From: an uncultured virus (IMG/VR IMGVR_UViG_3300021399_000162)
Taxonomy: Duplodnaviria > Heunggongvirae > Uroviricota > Caudoviricetes
Strand: one strand, 5' to 3'
Virus record (IMG/VR): IMGVR_UViG_3300021399_000162
Length of the DNA stretch: 64,000 nucleotides
Shown here: positions 9,906-21,700 of the stretch, in pieces
Layout of the letters: every line of letters begins with the position of its first letter
Position numbering within the stretch: position 1 is the stretch's first letter
Made by a program: the position numbers and the translations under genes
Notes under the pieces: model-generated
What the model was told of the DNA's origin: nothing
Seen by the model: the letters and a program-made list of their open reading frames with translations, nothing else
The model's database searches: none

Positions 9906-10454
9906 GTGCTCCAGCTTCATATTAGTGGAACCGACGAGTCGGGTACAGTGTTGTTTGACGAGCAGGCCAACAAATTTATTACGGCCAAGAGCCGTACAAT
10001 TCAGCTTGAGCACAGTCTCATCTCCATAAGTAAATGGGAATCAAAATGGAAGACCCCTTTTATTGGCGCACAGCTTACACGCGATCAAACACTTGACTAT
10101 ATCCGATGTATGACTCTAACTCCGAATGTAGACGAGAACTTGTATGCTTGCATAGACGATGACAATGTCCGAACTGTACAGCAGTATATTGCTGACGAAA
10201 AGACAGCCACGTGGTTTCGTGAAGATAAGAACCAAAAAGAAGATCATAAGGTGTTAACCTCGGAGCGTATCTATTCATGGATGGTTGTCCTTAATATTCC
10301 ATTCGAATGCGAGAAATGGCACCTGTCAAGATTGATGATTCTAATTAGAGCTGTAAGTGAGCTCAATGCTCCGCCAAAGAAGCGCTCAAGAGCTGAATCC
10401 GCAGCGCATTACAGAGCACAGCACGCAGCTAGACGAAAACGACGTGGTAGGTGA
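9906..10454 (+). CDS. Second tail assembly chaperone-like protein
   Basis: GTG start after GGAGG; LEHSL.SISKWESKW and IPFECEKWHL.RL motifs. Confidence 0.6.
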   Translation: MLQLHISGTDESGTVLFDEQANKFITAKSRTIQLEHSLISISKWESKWKTPFIGAQLTRDQTLDYIRCMTLTPNVDENLYACIDDDNVRTVQQYIADEKTATWFREDKNQKEDHKVLTSERIYSWMVVLNIPFECEKWHLSRLMILIRAVSELNAPPKKRSRAESAAHYRAQHAARRKRRGR

Positions 10455-10458
10455 TAAC

Positions 10459-10851
10459 ATGTCTTCGTTAATTACTGTACGCCACAAGGGCAATTTCAAG
10501 AAGACCGAATCTTTTCTCGCTGAGCTTCAACGCAAGTCGTTTCTAAAGAAACTCGATCAGTACGGTCAGATGGGTGTTGAAGCTCTCCAGGCAGCCACTC
10601 CGGTAAGGACCGGTAAAACCGCCGCTAGTTGGAGATACGTGATCGAGAAGAGTGAATCTGGAGATCGTGTAAATCTGATGTGGGTTAACGACAACACTGC
10701 ATCTAATGGCGACAATATTATTAAACTACTTGTCCGAGGTCATGGAACTAGAAACGGCCATTACGTTAAAGGCCGTAACTTTGTGACCCCTGCTCTTGAA
10801 CCTATATTCGAAGAGATTTCCAAGAATTTAATAAAGGAGGTGGCGAAGTAA
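10459..10851 (+). CDS. HK97 gp10-like neck/tail protein
   Basis: ATPVRTGKTAASW...GHGTRNG.YV.GRNFV.PA. Confidence 0.7.
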   Translation: MSSLITVRHKGNFKKTESFLAELQRKSFLKKLDQYGQMGVEALQAATPVRTGKTAASWRYVIEKSESGDRVNLMWVNDNTASNGDNIIKLLVRGHGTRNGHYVKGRNFVTPALEPIFEEISKNLIKEVAK

Positions 10852-10852
10852 A

Positions 10853-13800
10853 ATGTCTGACGTCATCGATAGTCGGATTGTTGAGATGCAATTCGACAGT
10901 AAAGACTTTGACAGAAATATACAGAAAAGCCAGAAGACCTTAGAAGACTTCAAGAAGATGTTAAACTTTGACGATGCTTCTAAGCAGATGGAAAGCTTCG
11001 CCAACTCCTCTGATCTTCTTGTCGATATGGCAGCCAATATTCGGAAATTGACTAATAATTTCGCTGGAATTGGTGATGTCGCAACTGAAGTTGAGAAAAA
11101 GATTCATAAAGCATGGACTGGAGCAATTCGTTCAGTTGAACAATTCGGAAAGAGCCTTACTGTTGTTCAGGCGCAAAGAGGTTTTACTGACAAATACCAG
11201 GGTTTGCTTAAGTCTGTTCAGACAATCACGAATGCTATTGAAGAGGATCTGAGTGAATCTGGCATTTATGCTATTATGGACGACTTGATGAATTATGCTG
11301 ATGAGACAAGCTATGACTTTGCTGATATGGCTAAGAACATCAGTAAATTCACAACAGTCGGTGTTCATCTTGCAGACGCTGAGTTGGAAATGGAAGGCAT
11401 TGCCAACTGGGCGGCTTTGGCTGGACAAGATGCTACAGCAGCTTCTCGTGCCATGTACAACGTCAGCCAGGCTATGTCTGCTGGCTATATGCTGAAGATA
11501 GACTATAGATCTATTCAGCAAGCAGGCATGGATATTCGGGCTTTTCGAAAAGAGGCACTCGATGCTGCTGTTGATGTAGGCACACTAGTTAAAAAGGGCA
11601 ACAAGCTTTTCACTAAAAAAGGTAACAAAGAAGTAAACATGGACAACTTCGCTGAAACACTCCAGTATAAATGGTTCAGCAAAGCTGTCATGGAAAAAGT
11701 ATTTAAAACTTTTGGCGATAACACTCAGGGAATTGGTGAAAAGGCATATAAAGCTGCTCAGCGTTGTATTACATTCACTGATGCCTTAAATGCTATCAAA
11801 GACATGCTGAGCACTGGTTGGATGAAAACCTATGAGCATATCTTTGGCCGGATGTCAGAAGCTATGGCTATATTCTCGGGCATGTGCAACAAGGTTGAAG
11901 CTTCTCTATTACCTTTAATGGAACTCCGTAATGGTATCCTGGAATGGTGGAACATCTCTGGCGGTCGTGATTCACTTTGGTCCATGATCCTTGGCGAAAC
12001 CGAAACTCCTGATGGCGAAATACTGTTCAAGGGTGCTTTTGGTTTACTTGATGTCCTTGACGGACTCGGTAAACTTTTCGAAGGTGCATTTAGAGATTTC
12101 GTTGGCAACTTCATCAAGTCGTTTAACATTGGAAAGTACGAGAGCGATCCGACTTACCTTTACCAGTATCTTGGTGAATTACTTGCAACACTCACAGAGA
12201 GAGCTCAGGAATTTGTGAATGGTGTTAAGGCATTCTTCACTGAAATACCAAAAGGAATGTCTGAAAGCAGATTTGACCAAATAAGACACATCGTCGAAGC
12301 CATATACCACTTAGGTTTGCTTACTGCCCAGGTGTTCGGTGGCATAGTGAGCTTTATTGGCTCTATACTTAGCCAGTTTGAACCTACATTCCACGCACTG
12401 TTGACTCTCATTAGTTACATCGCGCAATTGTTTAGCGGCGACGTTGTTGGAGCAACAAAGTCTAATGCTATCGGCAATTGGTTTAAGACGCTTGCTGCAA
12501 CTTTCGCACCGTTCGCTCGAATGGTCAATGGTTTCGTAACTTTTATCGTCAATATTGTTGGTAAGCTTCTTGAATGGATAAGCAGTATCGACGACATCAA
12601 CATCTTCGGATTCATCGGCGACGTAATAACAAGATTCACACGTGCACTGAATCTGCTCTTTGAGGCATTTTATAGCGGCGACACGATCGCGTCTAAGCTT
12701 ACGACTATCATGTCCATCCTCTCAGATATTCCCGCAGGCGAAGGATTCACCACCCTCACCAAAAACATCAAAGAGTTTGTTAAGGGTACTTGGCTCTTCC
12801 AGACAGTATGGCCAACTCTTTCAAAATACGTCAGCAAAGAGAAACTGAAGTCCTGGTGGGAATCGTTCAAGGGGTACTTTACAAATCTCGAGACTGAAAT
12901 CCCGGCCAAGATTCAGAAACTTAAAGACAAAGTTGCAGCTGGCTTTGAGCTTTTTAAGGGTGTCGTTAAGCTTGCTGTTACAGGCGAAGTCGCTAACCTC
13001 AAAGAGAAAGTCAAAGCATTTGTTGAGAGCTTCTCGATATTTAAGCAGATACTTCCGCTCCTTACAAAGTATCTTGGTGTAGATAAAGCTACGACCATCT
13101 GGAACACTGTTAAGCAGTATTTAACTAATTTAACAGAAAAACTTCCAGAATACATTGAGAAAGCTAAGAACAAAGTCGCCTCTACAGTCGAGTTGGTTGC
13201 GAGCGCAATTGAGTTTGCCTTTACCGGAAAGGTTGAAAACCTTAAGAAAAACGTTAAGGCTACAGCCAAGTCCATATGGGCTTCTATTACGTCAATCGTC
13301 ACAAACATCCGTGCCAAGATTCCGAGTTATGTCACTGCAATCAAAGCGCAGGGTGCAGCTTGGCTTACAAAGATAACAACTGCCCTGACCCCTGTTGTGA
13401 CAGAGCTTAAGACGAAGATCTGGCCGCTTGTGAAAAAGGCAGTTAAGTCTGTTTGGGCATCCTTTGAGAAGTTCATTACAGATCTCAGCGTCAAACTCCC
13501 TGGCTATGTAGCCACTGCTAAGACTACTGTAAAGGGCTGGATCAATAAGATCATAGCCGCAGTGAGCCCGATTATTGGAAAAGTAGTCACGAAGCTTTGG
13601 CCTCTGACAAAGAAGATTGCTTCGTCTGTTTGGACTATAGTTAAAAACTCCGTTAAAGATCTCATTGCGAAGCTCCCTGAGTACATTGCTACAGTCAAGA
13701 CTACCGTAAAGAATTTCGCCACTAAGACGACAACTAGTCTTAAACCAGCTCTGACTAATGCTCTTAACAAGATCAAGCCGAAGCTCAAAGCCTATATGAC

Positions 13801-16800
13801 TCAGCTGTTTACGTATCTTAAGGCATCCATGATCAGCTTCGGGACCAAGCTCCCAGGCTATCTGGCTAAAGCTAAAACGATCGTGACAACTGCGGCAACC
13901 ACTCTGTACGAAGTCTTCAAGCCAACAATTGATCTGCTGTTGACAAAGATTAAGACTAAGCTCAAGGAAGTAACAACGACTCTCTGGTCGTCAATTAAGA
14001 GCTTTGTCACCAATTTTGGAACAAATCTTCCGACATATATCGAGAATGCCAAGACGACAGTTAAAGCATTTATCGATATGCTAACAACTCTGGTTAAGTC
14101 TATCGCGACCAGTGAGTACTCAAACCTTAAATCTAAAATCAAGAGTCTTCTAAAGAGCCTCACGATCCTCAAGAAGCTTCCACAGCTCCTTAAGAAGTCT
14201 TTCGGTACTGAGAAAGCCAAAGTCATTTGGGAGTCTATGAAGGCTCTGTTTGATAATTTCACGGACAAACTTCCTGGATATATCGAACTGGCTAAGGCTA
14301 AGATCAAGTCTGTTCTCGGTAAAGGCTTGAATCTCGTCGAGACCATCATTGGCTGGCTCCTCGGTGGAATATCTAGCAGTGCTAAAGCTGAAGACGCTCC
14401 TGAGGAAATTGGCGAGATGATCACTCAGACTCTTACTTCAGAGGAAACACAGGCTCAGATTGAAGACGCTATTGTTGAAGCCATTGTTCCTGACGACGAC
14501 GGAACGACTATACTCGGCGCGATAAAGAATGCCTTTTCTGGCATATTCGAGAAGATCAAAACATTCTTTACCACTCTTACTACAACCACTCTGCCTGCCA
14601 TCAAAGAGAAATTCAATCAGATCAAAGATTTCTTTGCCGGTTTTGACTGGGAGAAAGCCTTTGGTAATGTTATGGATTTCCTCAAAATCTGGGCCAGTAT
14701 TAAGTGGGCTGGAAGCATCAGTAACATTGGCAAGGGTATCGGTAAGTTCGGTAAGGGAATGGGCACATTCTCAAAGAACTTTAAGTATTTCCAGGAAGGC
14801 TTGAGCGGCGTCGGCAATGGTATTGGTAGTATTGGCGCCGGCATTAAAGCTATCGGTGAAGGTTTCAAAGAGAAGGGCTTTAAAGGCATGTTCGATAACT
14901 TCATGACCTTTACAGATTCCTTTAATACCACAACAACTAACATCCAGAAAAACAAGAACATCACTCGAAACCTCTTCGGCTTTGGTGCTCAGTTACTGAT
15001 GATCGCTGGTGCCGTGTGGGTGATCGTTGATGCTCTGAACAAGCTTAAAGGTGTTAAGCTTGAAGAGGTCAAGGAACCTGCGATTATTATCGTGGGCATC
15101 ATCGGAACGCTATTGATCGCAGCAGGTCTTGCTAAGCTTTTCGCAGGCAATGGCTTTGCGTTTATTACGTTGGCAGGCGCTGTTGCAATCATCCTTTATG
15201 TCATGACCCAGCTTATGTCAATACAATGGGACAACATGGTTGACTCTGTATTTAAGCTTGTGGTCATAGCAGGCACTCTTGTCGCCGTAGCCCAAATGGC
15301 CAGTGGCGTACAGATTAAGGGCATGATCGGCCTATCAGTGGCTGTTGGTATACTTGCTGGCGTTGTCTATCTTCTCGGCAAGATGGATGAAGGCGTTGCA
15401 TGGTCTGGCATTAGTCGGCTTATTCCTATAATGTTCATGCTGAAGATGTTTGTTGCCTCTGCAGGCAAGAATAACTTCTCTGGTGTTAAGGGAATGGCCG
15501 GATTAGCTTTCTCCATCATGCTGCTTGTCATTCCAATCAAAATGCTGGGTAATATGGACACAGGAGCCGCTGTTCAGGGTGTTCTTGCCGTTGGCGCAAT
15601 ACTCTTGGCGCTCGGCATATTCCTGAATAAGACCAAAGATGTCGACAAGGCATCTAAGATTGCAGGTCTTGTTGGCTCCGTTGCCGCACTTGCACTGCTT
15701 GCAGTCATACTTGGTAACATGCCATTTGACAAAGCTTTGCAGGGCGTTGGCTCCATTGCAGCACTACTCTTCAGCATAAGCTATCTTGTTAAGCAAGTTG
15801 CAAAACTTAATGACAACCAGCTTAACAACGTTAGCAAGGTGTTTAAATCTATAGCTTTTGTCATCGCTATTGCAGCTGGTGCTATTGCTATACTCGGTTC
15901 TTTGAACATCGGATGGGAACTCGCTGGTGCGTTCTTTGGCGGTATGGCTATCATGGTTGCTGCCGTTGGTAAGGCACTGCCTGCGTTGTCGCAGCTAAGC
16001 CTCGGCAAAGCGCTTAAGGGTATTCTTATCTTGGGTCTGGCTGTTGCTGCTTTGTCTGCAGTGTTCTCTCTTGTAGCCCCGATGATCATGGATTCTATTG
16101 GTGAAGGCATTGCCCTCTTCTTCAAGAAATTGGGTGGTGCTGGATCTGATATCACCAAGTTCATCTCAGCATTTTCCAGTACAAGCGAAGGCTCAATTTC
16201 GGATGTCGGTTCGAAGATTAAGACTCTGTTCGAGATCGTCAAGACTCTTGGTGATTTCTCGAAGTACAGAGATTCCGTTAACTCTTTCCGCATCCAGCTT
16301 AACAACCTCCGTGCAGCATTGATGCTATTCATGAACAATGAGTCTTCTATTGGCTCATTTGCTGGTTCCAATATCCAAGGTTTACTGGTCAGTCTTCGTG
16401 ATTTACTGCCAAGCCTTGCAACCATAAAACTCGGCAATCTGCCGAATAAGATCGCACTTCTTGGTTCTGGTATATCACTGTTCTACCAGACTACTGCCGA
16501 TGTCGGATCTCCTGATGACAGCAATGCTCTCAAATTTATTGAGCGCTTGTTCCAGCAGGCCGGCAATATTGAAACTCTTTCCAAACTTCCGCTTAACAGT
16601 ATGTCTGACAAGATGAGTAAATTGGGAGGTGCTATCTCCATTTACGCTACTTCTGCTTCACAGCTCGGTGGCGTTGAGGTTGCTGCTGATCCAAAGACAA
16701 TCGAAACTGGTGTCAGTATGCTTGAAGCTGTCTGCGCTGCTATTTCTGGCGAGGACGGCAACGGCGGATTCAAAATACCCGAAAATATGCCTGAAGAAGG

Positions 16801-18739
16801 CAAGATTGCAGGCTTCGGTGCAGAACTTGCTGCTCTTGGTACAGCTCTTTCCAAATTCATCAGTGCTTGCCAGTGGATCGGAGACAAGACTGATGCTGGT
16901 GTAACCGCACTCACAACTCTCGGTACTCTCAATAGAGAGCTTACTGAGGATAAACTCAAAGTTGCTGATGTGTTCGGCCAGGCTGGTGTCGATGAATCTG
17001 TTCTCAGTGAATTTGCTAACTGCATTGGACTGCTTGGCGAAGCTCTGGCATCTTTTGCTACGATGTCTGTAAACAGAGATTACTCTGCAGGTTTGGCTGC
17101 TCTTGATGCCCTTGCTGCGATCAACACCAAACTTACTGAGGATACTGTTGAGGTATTTAATGTTCTTCCGGACAATCAGATTACTGAATCCACACTTAGT
17201 ACATTTGCTAGTGATATCGGCTCGTTGGGTAATGCTTTGTCGGCATTTGCAACGGCCGTGAACTTTGTAAATGAAAACGGTACGCCTGATGACGACAAAG
17301 TGTCCAACTTCAACAATGCAGTCGACGCCCTCTCCAAATTTGGTGACATGGCTGCAAAGATGCCTAAGATCGGCGGTTTGGTTGGCTGGATCACAGGTAG
17401 AACTAAAGGTCTTGATGAGTTCGGAGATGAGATCGAAGACCTCGGAAATGGCCTTACTAAGTTCTCTACGAAGATCAATGGTCTTCCTCCTGCCAAAGAA
17501 GGCGAAGACGGAACTCCTGGATTTGAGTACTCAGATCGAATTAAGAACGCTTTGTCGGTCCTTACCGATCTCGTCAAAATCGAGGGTGACATCCCCGAAG
17601 AGCATAAGATCGATGGTCTTACTCAGCGTATCGAGGGTCATGTAAAAGGCCTTGATGACATTGGCAAAGAGATCGGTTTCCTTGGTGATGGTCTTGTAAC
17701 GTTCTCCAATAAACTTAATGGTATTCCAGAAGGTGGCGGAGACGGTAAAGAGTCCCTTGGTTTCCAGTATACACAGAAAGTGCGAGATGCTTTGTCAGTT
17801 CTTAAGTCCCTGCTTACTATTCAGGATAGTTTGCCTGAAGAAAGAATCGGTGGTCTGCAGGCACTTATCAATGGCGAAGCACAGACGCTCACAACACTGT
17901 CTGGAGACATTGCTAGTCTCGGTAGCGCCCTCAGGACTTTCTCTGTTAACCTGACAGGAACCGATGGTCTTGGCACTTTCAATCTTGATACAGTGCTTGG
18001 TGCTTTAACTGCAGTTAACATGCTTGTCGACACAGCAAGTAAGCTCATTGTCGTAAACCCTGAAACCGAAGGCATATTTGGTGTCGGCTGGTACGTCAAC
18101 ACGTTGTCTGGTTTGTTCGACATGCTGAATAGTCAGGACTTTGGCATCGCGTCAAAGGTTGCTACTTTTGCTACAGAATTGTCTCAGGCATTTGCTGAAA
18201 GCGGATCTATTAGCATGGCTGCACTTACTGGCTTTAGCTCCATCGCATCTGGTCTGTCACAGTTGGCCTCTATTGGAGCCGGCAGTGAATTCAAAGCTGC
18301 AGGTGAAACGATTGCCAATCAGATTACTGTTGGCTTGAGCAGCGCACAGGAGACTGTATTGTCAACCGTCACAACACTTGCCGATGCAATCAACAATGCC
18401 TTCTTGACCAACATTGACACTACTCCAACAATTTCTCCGGTACTCGACACTACTCAGTTGGAGACAGACATCGCCAACTTTAACACTGGTGGCGTAAGTC
18501 TTAACCTTCCGAGTACACTTGATGTAACCGTGACCAATCCTGTCGACCTTACACCTGTAACGTCTGCCATTGCGGCTCTCCAGACACAGGTTAGCGAACT
18601 TGGTACTGCTATCAGCAACATCAGGATCGTTCTTAATTCTGGTCCGCTTGTCGGCGGGATTGCTGGCGACATGGACAATCTTCTTGGACGTAGAGGCACA
18701 TTTGCAGCACGTCGCAACGCTGTCCCTAATAATCCGTGA
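10853..18739 (+). CDS. Tape measure protein
   Basis: 2628 aa; N-terminal tape-measure domain (YADET.Y.FADM..NI.KFT), amphipathic repeats and a hydrophobic central block. Confidence 0.92.
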   Translation: MSDVIDSRIVEMQFDSKDFDRNIQKSQKTLEDFKKMLNFDDASKQMESFANSSDLLVDMAANIRKLTNNFAGIGDVATEVEKKIHKAWTGAIRSVEQFGKSLTVVQAQRGFTDKYQGLLKSVQTITNAIEEDLSESGIYAIMDDLMNYADETSYDFADMAKNISKFTTVGVHLADAELEMEGIANWAALAGQDATAASRAMYNVSQAMSAGYMLKIDYRSIQQAGMDIRAFRKEALDAAVDVGTLVKKGNKLFTKKGNKEVNMDNFAETLQYKWFSKAVMEKVFKTFGDNTQGIGEKAYKAAQRCITFTDALNAIKDMLSTGWMKTYEHIFGRMSEAMAIFSGMCNKVEASLLPLMELRNGILEWWNISGGRDSLWSMILGETETPDGEILFKGAFGLLDVLDGLGKLFEGAFRDFVGNFIKSFNIGKYESDPTYLYQYLGELLATLTERAQEFVNGVKAFFTEIPKGMSESRFDQIRHIVEAIYHLGLLTAQVFGGIVSFIGSILSQFEPTFHALLTLISYIAQLFSGDVVGATKSNAIGNWFKTLAATFAPFARMVNGFVTFIVNIVGKLLEWISSIDDINIFGFIGDVITRFTRALNLLFEAFYSGDTIASKLTTIMSILSDIPAGEGFTTLTKNIKEFVKGTWLFQTVWPTLSKYVSKEKLKSWWESFKGYFTNLETEIPAKIQKLKDKVAAGFELFKGVVKLAVTGEVANLKEKVKAFVESFSIFKQILPLLTKYLGVDKATTIWNTVKQYLTNLTEKLPEYIEKAKNKVASTVELVASAIEFAFTGKVENLKKNVKATAKSIWASITSIVTNIRAKIPSYVTAIKAQGAAWLTKITTALTPVVTELKTKIWPLVKKAVKSVWASFEKFITDLSVKLPGYVATAKTTVKGWINKIIAAVSPIIGKVVTKLWPLTKKIASSVWTIVKNSVKDLIAKLPEYIATVKTTVKNFATKTTTSLKPALTNALNKIKPKLKAYMTQLFTYLKASMISFGTKLPGYLAKAKTIVTTAATTLYEVFKPTIDLLLTKIKTKLKEVTTTLWSSIKSFVTNFGTNLPTYIENAKTTVKAFIDMLTTLVKSIATSEYSNLKSKIKSLLKSLTILKKLPQLLKKSFGTEKAKVIWESMKALFDNFTDKLPGYIELAKAKIKSVLGKGLNLVETIIGWLLGGISSSAKAEDAPEEIGEMITQTLTSEETQAQIEDAIVEAIVPDDDGTTILGAIKNAFSGIFEKIKTFFTTLTTTTLPAIKEKFNQIKDFFAGFDWEKAFGNVMDFLKIWASIKWAGSISNIGKGIGKFGKGMGTFSKNFKYFQEGLSGVGNGIGSIGAGIKAIGEGFKEKGFKGMFDNFMTFTDSFNTTTTNIQKNKNITRNLFGFGAQLLMIAGAVWVIVDALNKLKGVKLEEVKEPAIIIVGIIGTLLIAAGLAKLFAGNGFAFITLAGAVAIILYVMTQLMSIQWDNMVDSVFKLVVIAGTLVAVAQMASGVQIKGMIGLSVAVGILAGVVYLLGKMDEGVAWSGISRLIPIMFMLKMFVASAGKNNFSGVKGMAGLAFSIMLLVIPIKMLGNMDTGAAVQGVLAVGAILLALGIFLNKTKDVDKASKIAGLVGSVAALALLAVILGNMPFDKALQGVGSIAALLFSISYLVKQVAKLNDNQLNNVSKVFKSIAFVIAIAAGAIAILGSLNIGWELAGAFFGGMAIMVAAVGKALPALSQLSLGKALKGILILGLAVAALSAVFSLVAPMIMDSIGEGIALFFKKLGGAGSDITKFISAFSSTSEGSISDVGSKIKTLFEIVKTLGDFSKYRDSVNSFRIQLNNLRAALMLFMNNESSIGSFAGSNIQGLLVSLRDLLPSLATIKLGNLPNKIALLGSGISLFYQTTADVGSPDDSNALKFIERLFQQAGNIETLSKLPLNSMSDKMSKLGGAISIYATSASQLGGVEVAADPKTIETGVSMLEAVCAAISGEDGNGGFKIPENMPEEGKIAGFGAELAALGTALSKFISACQWIGDKTDAGVTALTTLGTLNRELTEDKLKVADVFGQAGVDESVLSEFANCIGLLGEALASFATMSVNRDYSAGLAALDALAAINTKLTEDTVEVFNVLPDNQITESTLSTFASDIGSLGNALSAFATAVNFVNENGTPDDDKVSNFNNAVDALSKFGDMAAKMPKIGGLVGWITGRTKGLDEFGDEIEDLGNGLTKFSTKINGLPPAKEGEDGTPGFEYSDRIKNALSVLTDLVKIEGDIPEEHKIDGLTQRIEGHVKGLDDIGKEIGFLGDGLVTFSNKLNGIPEGGGDGKESLGFQYTQKVRDALSVLKSLLTIQDSLPEERIGGLQALINGEAQTLTTLSGDIASLGSALRTFSVNLTGTDGLGTFNLDTVLGALTAVNMLVDTASKLIVVNPETEGIFGVGWYVNTLSGLFDMLNSQDFGIASKVATFATELSQAFAESGSISMAALTGFSSIASGLSQLASIGAGSEFKAAGETIANQITVGLSSAQETVLSTVTTLADAINNAFLTNIDTTPTISPVLDTTQLETDIANFNTGGVSLNLPSTLDVTVTNPVDLTPVTSAIAALQTQVSELGTAISNIRIVLNSGPLVGGIAGDMDNLLGRRGTFAARRNAVPNNP

Positions 18740-18747
18740 GGTAACTA

Positions 18748-21700
18748 ATGGCTATAGTTGAAATCTACATCAAAAATTTCAAAATGGGTGGCTCCGTCAT
18801 AACGACGTCCACCCTTTTGCAGTCTGTTCCTTTGACTCTGTCAGATACGAATCTTATCGAGCCAAAGGTTAAGACTGAAATGGGCAAAGCTCCTTCTTTG
18901 GAGTTCGCTATGGATGTAGATCATCCATACTATGATGCCCTTATGCAAATGAAAACGCTCATGCGCGTTACCTTTGCTGGAATTACTATATTCCGAGGGC
19001 GCGTGTTGACTATCGATGTTGACATGATGGGGCGCAAAGCTGTTCACTGTGAAGGTGATTTTGCGTTCCTCATGGATACACCTCAGGACGGCACTGAAGA
19101 AAAGAACCGAGCAGCTATTTCCCTTGAGACATATCTTCAGCAGCTTATCGATAAACACAATTCCATGTGCGGTGATGATGACCATAAGTTTATCCTAGGC
19201 GAATACCCGGGCCATTATTCTTCTGGCATCACATATGAACAGCAGATTATTCCGGCAGCTGAACAAGCTGTTCAGAAGTTTGGAAACTCTAGCTGGAACA
19301 CCACCATGGATCGTTTCGAGGATGTTCTGAACACATTCGGCGGTTATTGGCAAACTCGATACGTCGATGAATCACATGTTTATCTTGACTGGCTTGACTT
19401 ATATTTCAAGCCTTATGACGAATCTCGACAGCGCATCGAAGTAGCCAATAACCTTATCGAGTTTGGAGGTTCAAACGAACTCGACAACATATTCACTGCA
19501 GTTATTCCAATTGGCAAGCAGGACAATAAGGAATTATTCCTGACCGACTACTGGTACTCCATTGCACCTGGTCATGCTGCAGTAAACTATATTCTTGTTC
19601 CAGAAATCGTATCACTTGGTATCTTCACAGATGCGGAGCTTAGTAAGGGCTACCACACCAAAGAAGACTATGCAAATGCCATCAACAATTTTGGCATGAT
19701 CTACAAATCTGTCACGTTTGAAAATGCCGACAATTGCGATAAGCTGTTTTCTTATGCGACGGACTGGATCAAGAACAATTTTCTTGGCTCAGTGACATCA
19801 TATGATATCACTGCCCTAGACATTTCAAACATTGATCCCGAAACTTCACCACTTGTTGTTGGTGACGAAGTCAAGGTGGTTCACCCTGCTATTGGCGAGA
19901 GAACCTTGACAATTATCTCGATCGATTACGACTTATATAACCCATGGAAAACAAAGTATAAGATCGGATCTCCGAACAACCTTCTCAATGCCACTTATGG
20001 CGTGGCCAAAAAGAAGTCTGGCGGTAAGAAGTCAGACGGTCCTTCATCTAGTGGCGGTGGAGGAGGCGGTGGATACGAAGAACCAACTCAGCAACAGCTT
20101 GATAAACAGCATGCTGACAGTGAATACATCAAGAAGACAGAATTCGGTAAGGACATCCAAATGGATGAACCGCTATCGTTTCTTTTCCATGATGATCACG
20201 GAAATAAAGTCGACGCCAAAGATTTAAAGAGTAAGTTTAAGGGAAAACCCCAGCTACTACGTGAATTCACGAAGGTGCTTAAAGATCCTGCATTCGCTAA
20301 TGATCCGGAATTTGTTATTCAATCTGGATTGTATCCGAATCTTAAAGAAGAACAACAGAAGTGGCGACGGAATGTTGAGACATACCTCGTTGATGAATGC
20401 GGTGTTGATCGTGACAAGGCTGAGATTATTACCAACAGCCGAGCTGGTACAACATGGCTTGCCAACATTATCGACGATCAGGGTCATCTGAAGCCACCGT
20501 GGTGTTTTAAACAAAATGCTGACAAGCTTGCTGATATGGCTTTGAGAACGAGAAAGGCGCTAAATGGTACGCTTGATAACGAAACTGCCGCACCTCTATT
20601 CGGTGTTCATGGAATGCAGTTTGCTGAGAATCTCCTTGGTGTTGATCTCGATCTTGATGGCGGTAATTTTGTTTATGACTCTGAAAATCAACTCTTCGAC
20701 TTCGGTAACGGAAAAGTCAAAATGGACGCTACTGGCAAAACAGTAGAGTTCGACGACATGCAAGTTATCCGAAAAGAAGTAGGGCCTACTGGTGAAACTC
20801 GTAGCTTTGGCTTCTACGATGAAGGAAACCTCACCGCAGGTGTCATGGTCGAGAAGCTTAGTAATGGCGTAACCAAAACTAAGATATCATCTGACTGGAT
20901 CGACTTAGATAGCGATCAGACGATCATCAAAGTCAAGAACTTCATAGGTAACGTTACCGGTGTCTCTGAAGACAACTGGGATTCCTATAAAGGAATAACT
21001 CTTAAGCAAATCGATGCTTCGGCTGTCTGGCAAAACCGTGATGACATCACCAATGTTGTTGGCGAGTTTGAAATCGTCGGCACCGGTGATAATAGGCACG
21101 TTGTCATCAAATCTGGTGGCGGTATGCGCATCAGGAAAAACGGTGTGGAATATGGCCTCTACGATGAGGACAACTTAACTGCAGGTTTGATGGTCGACAA
21201 GATCAATGGTGATGAGACAGTCGCCAAGATTAAAGCTTCGAGAGTTGATCTTGGCGCTTATGCTACTGTTGGACGGCTAGAGGCTGTTGAAGCAAAAATT
21301 GACGACCTGATGGCAGGTCGAATTCAGGCTTCTGTTATCTCAGCAAGTAAGATTATTGCCGGAAAGCTTGTAACCACAGACACTCCAAGTGGTCAAGACG
21401 TTCCAGTGAGTGTCGATGCTGATTGGCACAATTTCACTGTCGATGGTAAGAAACTCGCTTCGTTTCTTGGAACGGCGGACATAAATTTTAATATCGCCGA
21501 TACCGATACTTACAAAGCGGCTATCGGCGTTAAATCAATTTATTTGACTGATGACAGTACTCCCCCGAGTTACTCCAATGGATACCTTTCAGTTCCTGTT
21601 TCGGCTATGCCAAATGCCGGTGGTGAAGCTAGAGCGACACTCTCGGTCGATGCGTCCAATGCGTACAGTTCTGGCTATAGCAATGGCTACAGCAAAGGCA

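Noticed and set aside
9860..9910. Programmed frameshift between the tail chaperone genes
   Set aside because: No clear XXXYYYZ slippery site is seen, and the second ORF has its own GGAGG and GTG start.
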